Positions 41,056-52,426 of a DNA stretch of 64,000 bases are shown here, in pieces (the stretch's first letter is position 1; the number at the start of each line of letters is the position of its first letter). The stretch lies in the NCBI GenBank assembly GCA_000004985.1, contig GG738879.1; one strand, 5' to 3'. The notes under the pieces are model-generated. The model ran no database searches. It saw only the letters and a program-made list of their open reading frames with translations, and had not been told where the DNA came from. The DNA comes from Naegleria gruberi (Eukaryota). Position numbers and translations under genes: made by a program.

Positions 41056-43035
41056 ATGAGTAAGCATTACACTGTATTAAGGAAGGAGAGAACCAAGAGA
41101 GGCTCCTTCTTTGAGGGTACTCCTCCACATCTTTCTTCACTCTCTCCACAACAACAACAACAAAAGCAACAACCTCTTTCTCCTATATCAAAGACATCAA
41201 CCTTCAGTGGCTCCTTCTTAGATAAATCCCCAACATCACCCTCCTCTCTTAATAATTCCCTTGTTCAACAATCACCTAGATTCAATTCATCCTTCATAAA
41301 AGCATCTCCCACCACTCCTAAGTCTAATGCACTGCCAAGTTCGATTAACAAATTTCCACCTCCACCCTCATCACCAAATGCCAGGCAACCTCTAACAAAA
41401 CAAGAACTATTCATGAGGGAAACCAGTTTTAATTTGCAAACCTTGAAAAAACCTGGCTCTCCACAGTTTTTATCGTACTCTCCCGAGCAAGATGGTCTCA
41501 TCACAGCCGATGGAGAAGTTATGAAGCATCTTCCAGTTGATAAAGTGATTGATAAGAAACAAAGAAAGAAGATTATCAAGCAAATCTATCTTGGCTATGA
41601 ATTACCTGATAAGAAACCAAGTCTTCCTCGTTCTGATAGTAAAGTGATGAGCAAGACTGTGGCTAGTTCATTGAAAACGCTTCCAAAGGTTGTTAAAGAA
41701 TCTTACTATCAGAGACCACCAACAGATTCTCACAAACAATCAGCTAAAGATATTTTCAAAAGAAGATACTCTACCAAGTTAGGTATTCCAACACCATCTA
41801 CTCCTGGAAATCCAACAAAACCACAAGCAAGAATGAGAACTTTTTCTCTGAATACCCAAGCAACTCCTCTTAATACAACAGCCCTCAGGCCAATGCAAAG
41901 AGAAGCAATTTATGAACCAAGAAAAGCATTTGGTTCACCAGTTTGTTCTGGCACAGAAGATAATTCAGATCCAGATTCAGATCCTGACTCAGATCCAGAT
42001 TCTGATGATTCTGAATCTGAGCCTATAGAAAACATTCAAGATGATAATATTAGTTGTAATAATTATATCGAGTCTGTGCAAACTTCAGAGACAAGCTCTC
42101 TTATATCGTCTCCATTTCATGAACAGTTGGATGATTATTCGCCTATGGTGGCCCAGAGTACTGTATTTGTAAAATTAGAAAAGGATTCTTCAACTTCTTC
42201 CCTTACTAATAGCATGAGTTTGAAAGATTTTGGAAGTTTTTCATTATCTGTATCTGAAATGGTGAAAGAAGAGCAACAAACTAGTGGTTTACTTATGTAC
42301 CCAGAAACTCTTGTTGAACAAAATACACCTACAAAAGAGCTAATCATTGAAGAAAAAGCTATTGAAGAAGATGAATTTCTTAATCGTACTGATCTTGTCG
42401 TGTCTAGAATGGAAACACAAACACCATTAGATGAATCTCATCAAGTAGATGATTTGGAGCCTGAAGAAGAGGAGGAACCAATTCAAGAAGCACCAATGAA
42501 AGTAGAAAAGGAAGAATCATCAATATCTGAATCTTCCCAAGAAGATTTTTCTGCATCAGATGGTTTGGAAGTGGAAAGAATTGATACACCTGTTTTTGAG
42601 CGGAAAGAAGAAATTGTTCAAGAAACAGTACCATTGAATAAGGAGGAACCAGTCGTTCAAGAACCCATCGTTAAGGAAGAACCCTTTCTGGAGGAATTTG
42701 ACGAACACATAGCAGAGGAACAAAAACCAATTGAAGAAACCGAAACAAAGGGGCCAGTTATTCTGACCGAAACAGAAGAGTACAAAGCTCGAGAGGAGAA
42801 AACAAAGCCAATGGAAGAGGACAAGAAAGAAGAAAAGAAGGGAAATGCTTTAGTAAGATTATTGAAAAGTGGAGGTAAAAAACTTGAAAGAACTCTTTCC
42901 TCCAAGTTCAGATCAAAGAGCGTCATGCTCAATGAAAGACCATCTTCATCTCCTTCAAGAAGAGATTCTTTTTCTAGTGTGTACATTGCTCCAGATTTGA
43001 CTCAAGAACAGCAAGTATTGCCAGGATGCACCTGA
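41056..43035 (+). CDS. Low-complexity S/P/T/E-rich protein, segment 1 of an apparently frameshifted locus (41056-46116).
   Basis: ATG at 41056 (MSKHYTVLRKE). Contains an SDPD x4 tract. The C-terminal half is acidic with EEP/EEK repeats. Confidence 0.45.
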   Translation: MSKHYTVLRKERTKRGSFFEGTPPHLSSLSPQQQQQKQQPLSPISKTSTFSGSFLDKSPTSPSSLNNSLVQQSPRFNSSFIKASPTTPKSNALPSSINKFPPPPSSPNARQPLTKQELFMRETSFNLQTLKKPGSPQFLSYSPEQDGLITADGEVMKHLPVDKVIDKKQRKKIIKQIYLGYELPDKKPSLPRSDSKVMSKTVASSLKTLPKVVKESYYQRPPTDSHKQSAKDIFKRRYSTKLGIPTPSTPGNPTKPQARMRTFSLNTQATPLNTTALRPMQREAIYEPRKAFGSPVCSGTEDNSDPDSDPDSDPDSDDSESEPIENIQDDNISCNNYIESVQTSETSSLISSPFHEQLDDYSPMVAQSTVFVKLEKDSSTSSLTNSMSLKDFGSFSLSVSEMVKEEQQTSGLLMYPETLVEQNTPTKELIIEEKAIEEDEFLNRTDLVVSRMETQTPLDESHQVDDLEPEEEEEPIQEAPMKVEKEESSISESSQEDFSASDGLEVERIDTPVFERKEEIVQETVPLNKEEPVVQEPIVKEEPFLEEFDEHIAEEQKPIEETETKGPVILTETEEYKAREEKTKPMEEDKKEEKKGNALVRLLKSGGKKLERTLSSKFRSKSVMLNERPSSSPSRRDSFSSVYIAPDLTQEQQVLPGCT

Positions 43036-43159
43036 AAGTTTAGCAATTGAAGTTGCAGTAGAAAATCCTCCTGAATTAGTTGCAATTACAGAACCCGAAG
43101 TTCAACAAGCTCCTCCAATATATGAAGAAAGTCCAAAGAATCCAGAACAAGAAGTTACC

Positions 43160-44473
43160 TTGGAAGATCTTTTATCACACTATGAAGAATCATATGTTGA
43201 TGATCAAAATGATTTCTTACAAATGGTAGAAGGTGAATCGCCAACATTTAATGGTTTGGATGAAAGCCCAAAGAGACAATTTGAAAATGTAAAACGATTT
43301 GAAGCAATACCTTCAAATATTCTAAATAGACCAACTACAGCCTCTCAAAGAAGAGGATCTCGAAATACGTTTTTCAGAGCTAAAACAGTTACAAAAATTC
43401 ACTCTAAGGATAAAAAAGCAAATATTGACGAATTCTTGAAGGATGAAATGTCTGAATCACCTCCTTTGGAGGATTATATGTCTAGCTCTCGTTCAAGTCA
43501 AAGTGGAGAGTCAGATGAGGGTAAGTCAGAAGAAACGGGTTTGAAAGAAGAAGCAGTGCAAGTGCATAGAGAGGTTTCATTTACTGATAACAAGTTGACC
43601 AGACCAACAAGTGCCCATACCAAACAAAAATCTGCAGATAAATTGACAAGACCAGCAACTGCTCATCATTTGAAATCAAAGGAATCGAAGAAGAAACCTC
43701 AATTCCCTCAAAAAGATTTCGAAGACGAGGAAGTTCAAATTAGAGAAGATAAAGAAAGTAGTGATGATGAACCACAGAAATCAGTGAAGAGAGTTGCTTT
43801 TGCATCTAAAACCAATGTTGAACGATTTAATGAAACTCAACCTGAAGAATTGGAAAGACCATCAAGTGCAAGAATGAAAAAGGATAACTCACAAACCACA
43901 AGACCAACAACGGCCTCACGTATTAACTTTAAAGAAAACAGATGCGATGTGGGGCCTTCTGACATGGAAATCTATGAATACGACCCAAATGACGGAGTAG
44001 ATAGACATTTGGAATTATTGAGAACAATTGAAGAACAAGAGAAAGAAGACAGATTCACTGAAGATTTTGAATGGACAAGACCAATCACTCCAAAGGTTGA
44101 GTACTATGATGACTATGATTTCATTTCAAGACCTGGAAGTGCCAGAACTATCTTCTCAGAACCACTTGAAAACGATGCAAATTCTGATACAAGTAGTTCT
44201 CACTCTTCTGAAAAAAATTCAATTCTGTTTGAAAAGTTACATACACTTTCTAGACCTTCCTCCTCTCCTTCTTTTAGAAAGCCAAGATCTGATTCATTAA
44301 CAAGCTCATCTCAATCACTATTAATTAGAAAGGCCTATCTTCCGTATCAACCAGAATCTCCTCACTCAGAAGAAGAGATTGAAGAAGTAGAGGAAGAAGA
44401 AATGGAAGTGGGAAATTTATCAAGACGTTCCTCAATATCGTCCACAATTCTTCTAGTCCACATACAGTTGTAA
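43160..44473 (+). CDS. Segment 2 of the same locus.
   Basis: This frame is open from about 43003 without an ATG; the first Met is at about 43226. It is in a different frame from segment 1 and overlaps it. It carries repeated (S/T)RP(S/T/G)(S/T)A motifs. Confidence 0.4.
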   Translation: MEDLLSHYEESYVDDQNDFLQMVEGESPTFNGLDESPKRQFENVKRFEAIPSNILNRPTTASQRRGSRNTFFRAKTVTKIHSKDKKANIDEFLKDEMSESPPLEDYMSSSRSSQSGESDEGKSEETGLKEEAVQVHREVSFTDNKLTRPTSAHTKQKSADKLTRPATAHHLKSKESKKKPQFPQKDFEDEEVQIREDKESSDDEPQKSVKRVAFASKTNVERFNETQPEELERPSSARMKKDNSQTTRPTTASRINFKENRCDVGPSDMEIYEYDPNDGVDRHLELLRTIEEQEKEDRFTEDFEWTRPITPKVEYYDDYDFISRPGSARTIFSEPLENDANSDTSSSHSSEKNSILFEKLHTLSRPSSSPSFRKPRSDSLTSSSQSLLIRKAYLPYQPESPHSEEEIEEVEEEEMEVGNLSRRSSISSTILLVHIQL

Positions 44474-44511
44474 ATTCACCAACAGGAACTTCACCAACAT
44501 TTATTTCTTTA

Positions 44512-46116
44512 ATGAAGAAGAGAGCTGATTCTTCTACTTCATTTGGTCAGAACCCCTCATCTCCATCATCTAAAAACAGCTCTCGAAGAAATAGTAAGAT
44601 TAACCCTTTCATTGTAGAAACAGAATCAGATACCACAAGTGAAGCATCTAACCTTAATAATACTTCCTCAGCTGTTGATCTTCAAAATATCTCAACAAAA
44701 TTCATTGATTTGAATAATGGCGGTGGATCTCTAAACTCGAGAAGAAATTCTGAGAAGCTTGACTTCACGAGCACATCAAGTTCTCCTAGAAGATTGATAG
44801 ACACTCCAACTTATCCGGGTTATATTCCAAAATTCCTTCCTCGTCCATATTCTCTTCCTTTATTATCCAAAGTTAGACATGGTGTTGTCAGATTGAGTGT
44901 GTTTATGGAAATGCACTTGGCTAATGATTTCCAAGTTTTGAAGAAAAACTCAAGCGTAAATAATGTACCATACATGGAAGAAGGATTTGATAAGAATGAA
45001 TTGAATTCCATTATTAATGATGAAAATCCATACATGTTTATTAGAAGAACTAGGTTTAGTACTGGATTTTTGATTTGTCCACTTTCAACCAGACCAGGAA
45101 CTAAGAATTACTTGCTGACCTCAGCCAGAAATGTTCAATCTTATTTGACAACCAAAGTAGCTCCTGACAATACTTCTATTTATATTGAAAAGAAGGTTGT
45201 GAAGATTTCAGCCAACTTCCTTGATAATATCGAAGTTGGAGAAAAGGAACGACATCCAAATACTTTTGCTTCGGTTGCTGAGGTTGAATGTCAAATAGAA
45301 TATTGTGGATCGTTTTACAGTACGCTTAATGTCAACCAAGATTGGGCAATTCTTTCATTTACATTCAATGAAGATATCAAGTACATTGATAGGGAGAATT
45401 ATAAATTCTTAAAATCCGGAGTTATCACAATCCCTTCTCCATCTCAATTGTTCTTATTGGTAAAGCACTTGGTAACAAAGACAGCTGAAAATAAGAGAGC
45501 AAACTCTGATAATGTTGTTGGAGATTACATGATGTGTGTTAATGGATTGTATAGTGACAGAGAAGAATTATCCAATATTACTAAGGTAACCAATATTGAT
45601 GACTATTCTATCAAAATTGTAAGAGATTCGATGGATCCTATGGCTTGCTCATTGGCTTTCCTTGTTAAGGGTTCAAGCTTTTCTCGTTTCGAGTATGCCA
45701 ACTATTCAACTCCTTCATTTACTGGTGCTCCAATAACGGCTTGTGCCATTTCTATGGAGGGTTTGGAAGAAGTTCTCAAGGAATCTGATAGAAGGCATGG
45801 TAAGAAAAAAAATACCTTAAGAGGAAAGATTGAAAATCAAAATATTGCAAATTTTGCCAAGACCAACTCGTGTGTTTTTACAAGATACGTTATTGGTATT
45901 CACAGTACAGTTAGTGCAAATTCAAAATTCCATGGAGTTGGTTGTTCTGTCATGAACTGGTTTGAAACGTTCTTCAATTTAGTTTACAAACCTAACAGAA
46001 GAAGATTCTCACAAACTGAAAAGGAATTAATTGAGTTAGAATACGAGTCTTACATTTCTTTGAGCAATAGTAGAGTTCCAAATATTCCTGGGGCAGGATC
46101 TTGCAAAGTTATGTAA
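44512..46116 (+). CDS. Segment 3 of the same locus; could also be a separate gene.
   Basis: Open from about 44360 in a third frame. ATG at 44512. The C-terminus is non-repetitive, about 400 aa. Confidence 0.5.
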   Translation: MKKRADSSTSFGQNPSSPSSKNSSRRNSKINPFIVETESDTTSEASNLNNTSSAVDLQNISTKFIDLNNGGGSLNSRRNSEKLDFTSTSSSPRRLIDTPTYPGYIPKFLPRPYSLPLLSKVRHGVVRLSVFMEMHLANDFQVLKKNSSVNNVPYMEEGFDKNELNSIINDENPYMFIRRTRFSTGFLICPLSTRPGTKNYLLTSARNVQSYLTTKVAPDNTSIYIEKKVVKISANFLDNIEVGEKERHPNTFASVAEVECQIEYCGSFYSTLNVNQDWAILSFTFNEDIKYIDRENYKFLKSGVITIPSPSQLFLLVKHLVTKTAENKRANSDNVVGDYMMCVNGLYSDREELSNITKVTNIDDYSIKIVRDSMDPMACSLAFLVKGSSFSRFEYANYSTPSFTGAPITACAISMEGLEEVLKESDRRHGKKKNTLRGKIENQNIANFAKTNSCVFTRYVIGIHSTVSANSKFHGVGCSVMNWFETFFNLVYKPNRRRFSQTEKELIELEYESYISLSNSRVPNIPGAGSCKVM

Positions 46117-46192
46117 ATAAATTTTGCTTTGGTGACTTGATTTTTAGAATTAAATATTATCGTAGTACATATAGTTATTCTGATAGAGCAAT

Positions 46193-49100
46193 TTATTCCA
46201 AAGTACATCCAACCAAAAATTGTCTATAGTGGCTGTCTGATAAGATTCTGTGAATTTCATTGATTTCCTGGTTTTCAAAGAACGGTCTCAATTTTTCAAT
46301 ATCAAAATAACCAAGCGTATTAATTGCCAAAACTAATTTAGCAATAATAATGAAAACTGTAGGTTGGAAAGAAAAGTTACCAACCCAGAAAAGTCCTATT
46401 TGTTGCTTTCTTCTTTCTGACAAAATTTTGAGGACAAACAGTAATTGACCCTCTAATTTTTGTAATACTTGTTGCCTAAATTCTGAAGAAATGTCCAGTT
46501 TGTTCAAGTAATATGATCCAAGTTGTGAAATGGCTAATTCTTCTGTGAATACATTGTCCTCTTCCTTTTCGAACAACATAACTTCTTCATCTGTTGTTTT
46601 GAATGGCAAAACAACCTCAACAGAGTTGTTTTCTTCATTAATAGCCTCCTCTAGTTGAATACAAGATACCAAGTAATTGTGACATTCTGTTAATTTTCCA
46701 TAATGGTGACTAATAAAGGCAAAACTTCGCTCCAAAACATATTCTCTTTGGAGTTCTGCACACTTGGCTTGCTTTGAAGTTGTGCCCTTATGTTCAAATC
46801 CAAATATCAAAGGAGAAACAATTAAAGCAGCTCTACTTCTAATAATATCATCTTCATCCTGCAATAAGGTAATCAAGGCAGTCCAAACAGAAAATTGGTT
46901 TCCAGCACTCTTTAAATCATTGGCAGATATGGTTAAAATTCCTGAAGAAACAATAGAGTCCAAACAAGCAGCTCTAACATGACTTTGTCTAGCTGGATCA
47001 GAAGCATGGCAAACAATCTTGAGCCATTTCTTTACAAGTGGATTTTCTGGTTGAGATTCTATAGTGCCTGAAATGAATATTCCCAACAGTGCAATAACAA
47101 GTTGATGGAGAACAGTATTGGTCTCATTTACATACAGATAAACCAATCTAGTAGGAACAGCATCAAATACATTATCCAGATAAGAGGACATAACAGAAAG
47201 ATCCTTGGTTAATTGACCAGCTGGTGCCTTATTGTACAAATTAACAAGGGATGCGAGTCCAAATCTGGCACACTCAACATCAGTTTCTCTGAACAAGGCA
47301 TGTTCCAAAATAAGAGGTCTCAAGTTTTCAATCTTGGCATGGGCGTTCACACCAGAAAGAGCTTGAACAACATGTTCCTCCTTGTACAAGTATTTGAAGG
47401 TTGCTCGTCTTACATCCATAGCAGAAAAGTTCAACAAGTTTACAACTAAATCTTCATCTACATCTTTTCTGAATAAGAGATACAATTCTACAATGAAAGT
47501 TGAATTGTTGAAAAACATTTCTTGTTTGGCTGGTTGCCCATTAGTAGACGTAGATTCCAAAAATACAGAATTTACAGAATTATTCCATAATGTTTCCAAA
47601 GTTTCTTGTGGTATATTCTTGCACATTTGAAGTAAATTGTTGATAATTTCATAGAATAATGATCTAGTGGCAAAGCATCTATTTTGTATAGTTCCAATGA
47701 AAGAGTTTGCTAACTTGTTCAAACAATCAAGGGCGAATTGTTCTGAATTTTCCATTGCCTTGAAGCTTGTCGTTACAAATCTGTTGAGTTGGAAAAGAAC
47801 ACCATGAAGCTCATTTTGATGGATAGTCTCTTCAACAGTCTTTGGAAGGGCATTAATAGTATCAAGAATATATTCCTTTACCATTGAAGACGGAATAAGA
47901 GGTTCCAAAGCTCTAGCACCTATGGATCTAGCCATGTGATGGATCATAGCAGAGCACTTTTTCACAAATGGAATAAACTGAGATACAGAATTAGCCTCTG
48001 TCTCTGTACTTTCATCCAGTGAAGGTCTCAAACGAGAAAGGAGTAATAGCATTGGGTAGAGACTTGGGTGAAGAATTCTCTTGTGTTCTCTATTTTCATC
48101 AGTTACAGTATTTAATTGTTCCAAAAGGAAGGTTCTCAATCTAGGATATCTACTGAAATATTCAGTACCTGTCTTGATAGAGTCGTTATCACCCAATGAT
48201 CTGTGCAATAATGCTGTATACATCATGAGAGAAGAGTTCTTGATGGCCCAAATAGTTGATCCAAATCCTTTAAGTGAAATAATGAGACCATCCTCAACGA
48301 ATTGTTGAACATACGGACCCAACTGTGCATCATGGAACAGGAAACGAAGTACATTCAAGGCATTCACAACTTGACTTGTCTTGTAATTGGATTGATTGAG
48401 AGCTACATTGAGTAAATATTGCATAGTTTCAGGGAGTAATTTTCTTGGAAGGAAAGTTGGCTCAGATTTCATAATAGAAGCAAATGTCCAGGGCAATCCA
48501 GCCGAACGTCTCATCATACTGAATGTATCATCCTTTCCAATACCATCAAGTAGGTATCTTGTCCATTTTTCAGGAATGTTAACAAGTTCAGGAATACCAC
48601 AAGACATTAATCTTTTACACAAAATATTAAATCCTACAGCACTCTTTTCAATAGCTCCGTTATGTTTTGTTGTGAGAAGAATGTTAAGCAACATTTTACC
48701 CAATTTTTCGATTTGATCAAAAGTAATAATACTATCTTTTGAAAGTTTGTCATTTGAATGAGAATCAGGATACAATTCTACATGGTGAACAATAACAGAA
48801 ATGAGCATTGAAGAACTCTTGACTGCCAGCCAGCTGTTAACAGTGAGAGAGTGAGTATCTCCAGAGACTTCTTCATCCTCTCCAAAGAAAATGTGACCAC
48901 GACAGTCAACATTGTTCATTGCAACAGAATTATCTTCATTTTCATCCAAAAGAGGTGCACCTGCAATAATCTTTACAGAGAGCAGGCATGCCTTTTCTAA
49001 AATACCCAAAAATTCGGTCATCCATTCTCTCCATTCACTAATAGTGGTTCTCTCCTTGGTAAAATCTACATCAGAAATAACATAGATTAAAGTTTGTAAA

Positions 49101-52100
49101 ATACCAACAAGAGCACTGTCCTTGGTTATGTTGAAAATGTTTTGAGCACAATTTTCTGTTTTTTCCTTGAGTAAAGCAACCAATTTCTTGCAAAAACTCA
49201 ATTGTGGAGATACACTGCAACTAGTAACTGGTTCCTTATCAAGAAAAACTTCCCATCCTAATTCACAGACATACTTTTTGAAAATAATTCTATAAAGCAA
49301 AGCACCAGCATCTGATTCTCTGAGTCTTGGACTTTTGATAAGATCAAAAGCATTGTTTGCAATAACCTTTACCTTCTCAGGAGTTTCGAATCCAGTTAGA
49401 GGAGCCATGAAAGATGCCAACAAATCATAAATAACAACTCTAACCTTGTCCCAACAACTTCCCAAAGTATTAAGTAGGGTCAACACAGAATTAGAAGAAG
49501 TTAAATGAATTCTCTTCCAAGAAACAACTCTATTTGTGTCTGATGGATTAAACACATCGATAGAATTATTTAAAGAGAACGTGTCGAGTAAGCTCTTGTA
49601 GCAGTCTAAAGCAACAAGTAGTCTTTCGTGTGGACAACCAGGATATAAAGAATTGATTACCTCTGTTGCATAATCATATAAAAATTCCATTAAAATTCTA
49701 TATGAGTGTCTGTCCTTGTTGAGCTCTTCTCTCTTCTTTTGAGGCATATTTCCTTCTGGGGTGGATACGTCCAAAAGGTGGTTCAAAGTTTGGTTCTTTT
49801 GGTGGGAGGCAAAGATACGAACACAGATTTCATTCACTCTCTTAATAAAACGTTCGATGGCATCACCAAAGCCAAATCTGAAAGAGCTCTTACAACCACG
49901 CAAGTTGAGTCTTGCAAACTTGATTATAATTGCTAATTCTTGCTCTGTTGGCAAGGCAAGTTTCTTAGTAGAAACAGTAATTAATTCAAAGGCATCCAAT
50001 CTAATATCATGATCATTATGAATAAGCCCCTCTTCTATCAATTCCAAATCATTCTTGAAATCCAACTCATATAACGACAGAGATTTAGCTGTCTTTAAAG
50101 TAAACATTAGAGAGTGAAGAAGTGCAGAACGTTCTGTAGATGATTCAGTTCTTTCAATACCTGCCTTGAAGCATTTTACGAGGAAAGCTGTTCCCTCATT
50201 ATTAACCTTTAAAATCTTTGACATGAGATGGATAAAGATAGCAGATCTTTGCTTCTTATCACACATAGCCAAAAAGTCGGAAACCGGCTTGAGGCACATA
50301 ATCTCCCATTCAGCAATCTTTTCCTTATTCTTCTTGCAGTCTTTGAGCAAATCTGAGAGCATCTTTTCAAAGAACAAGCTTGCATTTCCGTTAACACTAC
50401 CATTCAAGTGACCCAGAGATGATAAAATGTTGGTGAAAATTTCTGGACACAACGAATAAATTTTAGATGCTGTAATTCTTGGAAGTAATGCAATTAATGA
50501 AATGTACTTTCCTTTTCTTGTCCAATCAGAATCCAGAATAGAATTAGTCATGGAAACCAAATCAATTTGAGATTTAACTTTATCCAAAGTGAGGAAATCT
50601 CTTAAATCCAAAAGATCCATAAAAAGTTGTCTCATCTTGGCAAAAATGTCATAAACTTGATTTTCAATATTACTGAAAACTATCTGAATACCTCCTTTGA
50701 TAAGTTTGGAAACTCTATTTTCAAAATTAAATCTCTCTATATCTTCCATCTCTGATGACTTCCTAGCTTTTACATGGTCATGTAAAAATAATAAACTATC
50801 ACTATAACTCAAAATTGAAAATAATTTTAGGTCAGAATCCTTAGATTGCATGCAATAGTAGTGTAATAATGGGAATAAACCATCAAATAAAATGTTAATA
50901 TTGTGCCCATCATGAGAAATAGGTGCATCTAATCTTTGAACTGTGATTGCATTAATAACTCCTGAAAATACTGCCATCTTGCTTACGTTATCACTCAAAT
51001 CTATCACTGATTTTAACTGAGAAGCAATATTAGATCCAGTTACAATATCCTTTGAAACTTGTTGTACATTTACACTGGATTCTAATTTTTTGAAATCATC
51101 AGACAAATAAGTGAATTCTATCAACCCATTCTTGATGAAATCTTTCACAAAAACATCAAAAACAAGTCCTAAGAGAACATTCTTTTCCGAGAATGAATGA
51201 TCCACAATTCGCATTACTATCAATGCTCCAATTCTCTTACAATCCCTTGGTGATGTTGTTGTGGCAAGTGTATTCAAACTAGAACAAACGAGAGAAAGTA
51301 AAGCCTCTGCAAGTACATGATTTCTATGGTTTGATGACTCCTCCCCAAGTAATTTAATCATCTCGGAGCATGTTCTTCTTTCCGAGAGTGAATTCAATGA
51401 TAAAGAGCTTGCACTTGTCTTGATGTAGGAAAGAGCTTGCACAACTGTAGAGGAATATCTGGTAATATATGAAAGTGCAAGTTTCATAGCTCCAAAAACT
51501 ACAGAAAACAACCAATCAACTGTTAAAATGTTATGTGATGTACTCTCTATAATTTTAGCAATCTTATAGAGAATAATAAAAGCAAAATCTACATTGATAC
51601 TATCAAAGTAAATGGATTCAATTTCTAGAATGTGTTCTAATTGACGACACTGATAGGCAATACTAACAAAATATTCATCTTCTGTAACGGAAACTTGTTC
51701 ATGTTCAAATTCTAAAATACCTCCACAAAATGCTATCATCTCTGTTCTATATACATGTTGAACAATTCTATTAATTTCCACATTCAATTCAATAAAGAGT
51801 TGTAAATTGTGTTCACCACCAACAAGAGTTGATAATTTATCATCTACTGATGATGATGAAACAATACGGAGATGATTCTTTAATTGTTGCAAACCCCATT
51901 GGATATGTCTATGTAAATGTTTAGCTTCATTGATGAAGAGAAGAGAAAGAATACATTTGATGAATAATTTAAATGTTTCTGATTGGTCGTAAATTAATTG
52001 TTTGTAGGTTTGCAATAATTCTGTGGAGAGTTGTGTTGGGAGAACACTTGCATTATTGGCTTGTTCTTGTTTAAATGATGAAGGTTGATCCACAATGATG

Positions 52101-52327
52101 AAACACCACCTCAAAATTTCACGAAATATATTCACTAGAAGGTCTTTGTTATTGGTTGTTGTAGTTGTTGATTCATTACTAACTTGAACCAATTTTTCAA
52201 GGAAGGCTACTATTGGTGTCTTGATGATGTGATTTTCCACAGAGACACTTTTCAATAGGCTCTTCACTTGTTCCACATATTTTGATGTTAGTAATTGTTG
52301 TTGTTGATTCGTTGATGATGGTTTCAT
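46193..52327 (-). CDS. Very large alpha-helical (HEAT/ARM-like) protein, 2044 aa, single exon; function unknown.
   Basis: Uninterrupted ORF with ATG at 52327. Leu-rich amphipathic helical composition throughout. No catalytic motif recognised. Confidence 0.7.
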   Translation of the reverse strand: MKPSSTNQQQQLLTSKYVEQVKSLLKSVSVENHIIKTPIVAFLEKLVQVSNESTTTTTNNKDLLVNIFREILRWCFIIVDQPSSFKQEQANNASVLPTQLSTELLQTYKQLIYDQSETFKLFIKCILSLLFINEAKHLHRHIQWGLQQLKNHLRIVSSSSVDDKLSTLVGGEHNLQLFIELNVEINRIVQHVYRTEMIAFCGGILEFEHEQVSVTEDEYFVSIAYQCRQLEHILEIESIYFDSINVDFAFIILYKIAKIIESTSHNILTVDWLFSVVFGAMKLALSYITRYSSTVVQALSYIKTSASSLSLNSLSERRTCSEMIKLLGEESSNHRNHVLAEALLSLVCSSLNTLATTTSPRDCKRIGALIVMRIVDHSFSEKNVLLGLVFDVFVKDFIKNGLIEFTYLSDDFKKLESSVNVQQVSKDIVTGSNIASQLKSVIDLSDNVSKMAVFSGVINAITVQRLDAPISHDGHNINILFDGLFPLLHYYCMQSKDSDLKLFSILSYSDSLLFLHDHVKARKSSEMEDIERFNFENRVSKLIKGGIQIVFSNIENQVYDIFAKMRQLFMDLLDLRDFLTLDKVKSQIDLVSMTNSILDSDWTRKGKYISLIALLPRITASKIYSLCPEIFTNILSSLGHLNGSVNGNASLFFEKMLSDLLKDCKKNKEKIAEWEIMCLKPVSDFLAMCDKKQRSAIFIHLMSKILKVNNEGTAFLVKCFKAGIERTESSTERSALLHSLMFTLKTAKSLSLYELDFKNDLELIEEGLIHNDHDIRLDAFELITVSTKKLALPTEQELAIIIKFARLNLRGCKSSFRFGFGDAIERFIKRVNEICVRIFASHQKNQTLNHLLDVSTPEGNMPQKKREELNKDRHSYRILMEFLYDYATEVINSLYPGCPHERLLVALDCYKSLLDTFSLNNSIDVFNPSDTNRVVSWKRIHLTSSNSVLTLLNTLGSCWDKVRVVIYDLLASFMAPLTGFETPEKVKVIANNAFDLIKSPRLRESDAGALLYRIIFKKYVCELGWEVFLDKEPVTSCSVSPQLSFCKKLVALLKEKTENCAQNIFNITKDSALVGILQTLIYVISDVDFTKERTTISEWREWMTEFLGILEKACLLSVKIIAGAPLLDENEDNSVAMNNVDCRGHIFFGEDEEVSGDTHSLTVNSWLAVKSSSMLISVIVHHVELYPDSHSNDKLSKDSIITFDQIEKLGKMLLNILLTTKHNGAIEKSAVGFNILCKRLMSCGIPELVNIPEKWTRYLLDGIGKDDTFSMMRRSAGLPWTFASIMKSEPTFLPRKLLPETMQYLLNVALNQSNYKTSQVVNALNVLRFLFHDAQLGPYVQQFVEDGLIISLKGFGSTIWAIKNSSLMMYTALLHRSLGDNDSIKTGTEYFSRYPRLRTFLLEQLNTVTDENREHKRILHPSLYPMLLLLSRLRPSLDESTETEANSVSQFIPFVKKCSAMIHHMARSIGARALEPLIPSSMVKEYILDTINALPKTVEETIHQNELHGVLFQLNRFVTTSFKAMENSEQFALDCLNKLANSFIGTIQNRCFATRSLFYEIINNLLQMCKNIPQETLETLWNNSVNSVFLESTSTNGQPAKQEMFFNNSTFIVELYLLFRKDVDEDLVVNLLNFSAMDVRRATFKYLYKEEHVVQALSGVNAHAKIENLRPLILEHALFRETDVECARFGLASLVNLYNKAPAGQLTKDLSVMSSYLDNVFDAVPTRLVYLYVNETNTVLHQLVIALLGIFISGTIESQPENPLVKKWLKIVCHASDPARQSHVRAACLDSIVSSGILTISANDLKSAGNQFSVWTALITLLQDEDDIIRSRAALIVSPLIFGFEHKGTTSKQAKCAELQREYVLERSFAFISHHYGKLTECHNYLVSCIQLEEAINEENNSVEVVLPFKTTDEEVMLFEKEEDNVFTEELAISQLGSYYLNKLDISSEFRQQVLQKLEGQLLFVLKILSERRKQQIGLFWVGNFSFQPTVFIIIAKLVLAINTLGYFDIEKLRPFFENQEINEIHRILSDSHYRQFLVGCTLE

Positions 52328-52426
52328 ATTGTTTGTGTTTTAATAATGAAAACAAACTCCGTAAGATGGTGGAGAAAATTTTTTCACTTCAACTTTATTC
52401 ATAAACAATCGGGATGTTTTCCAAGG

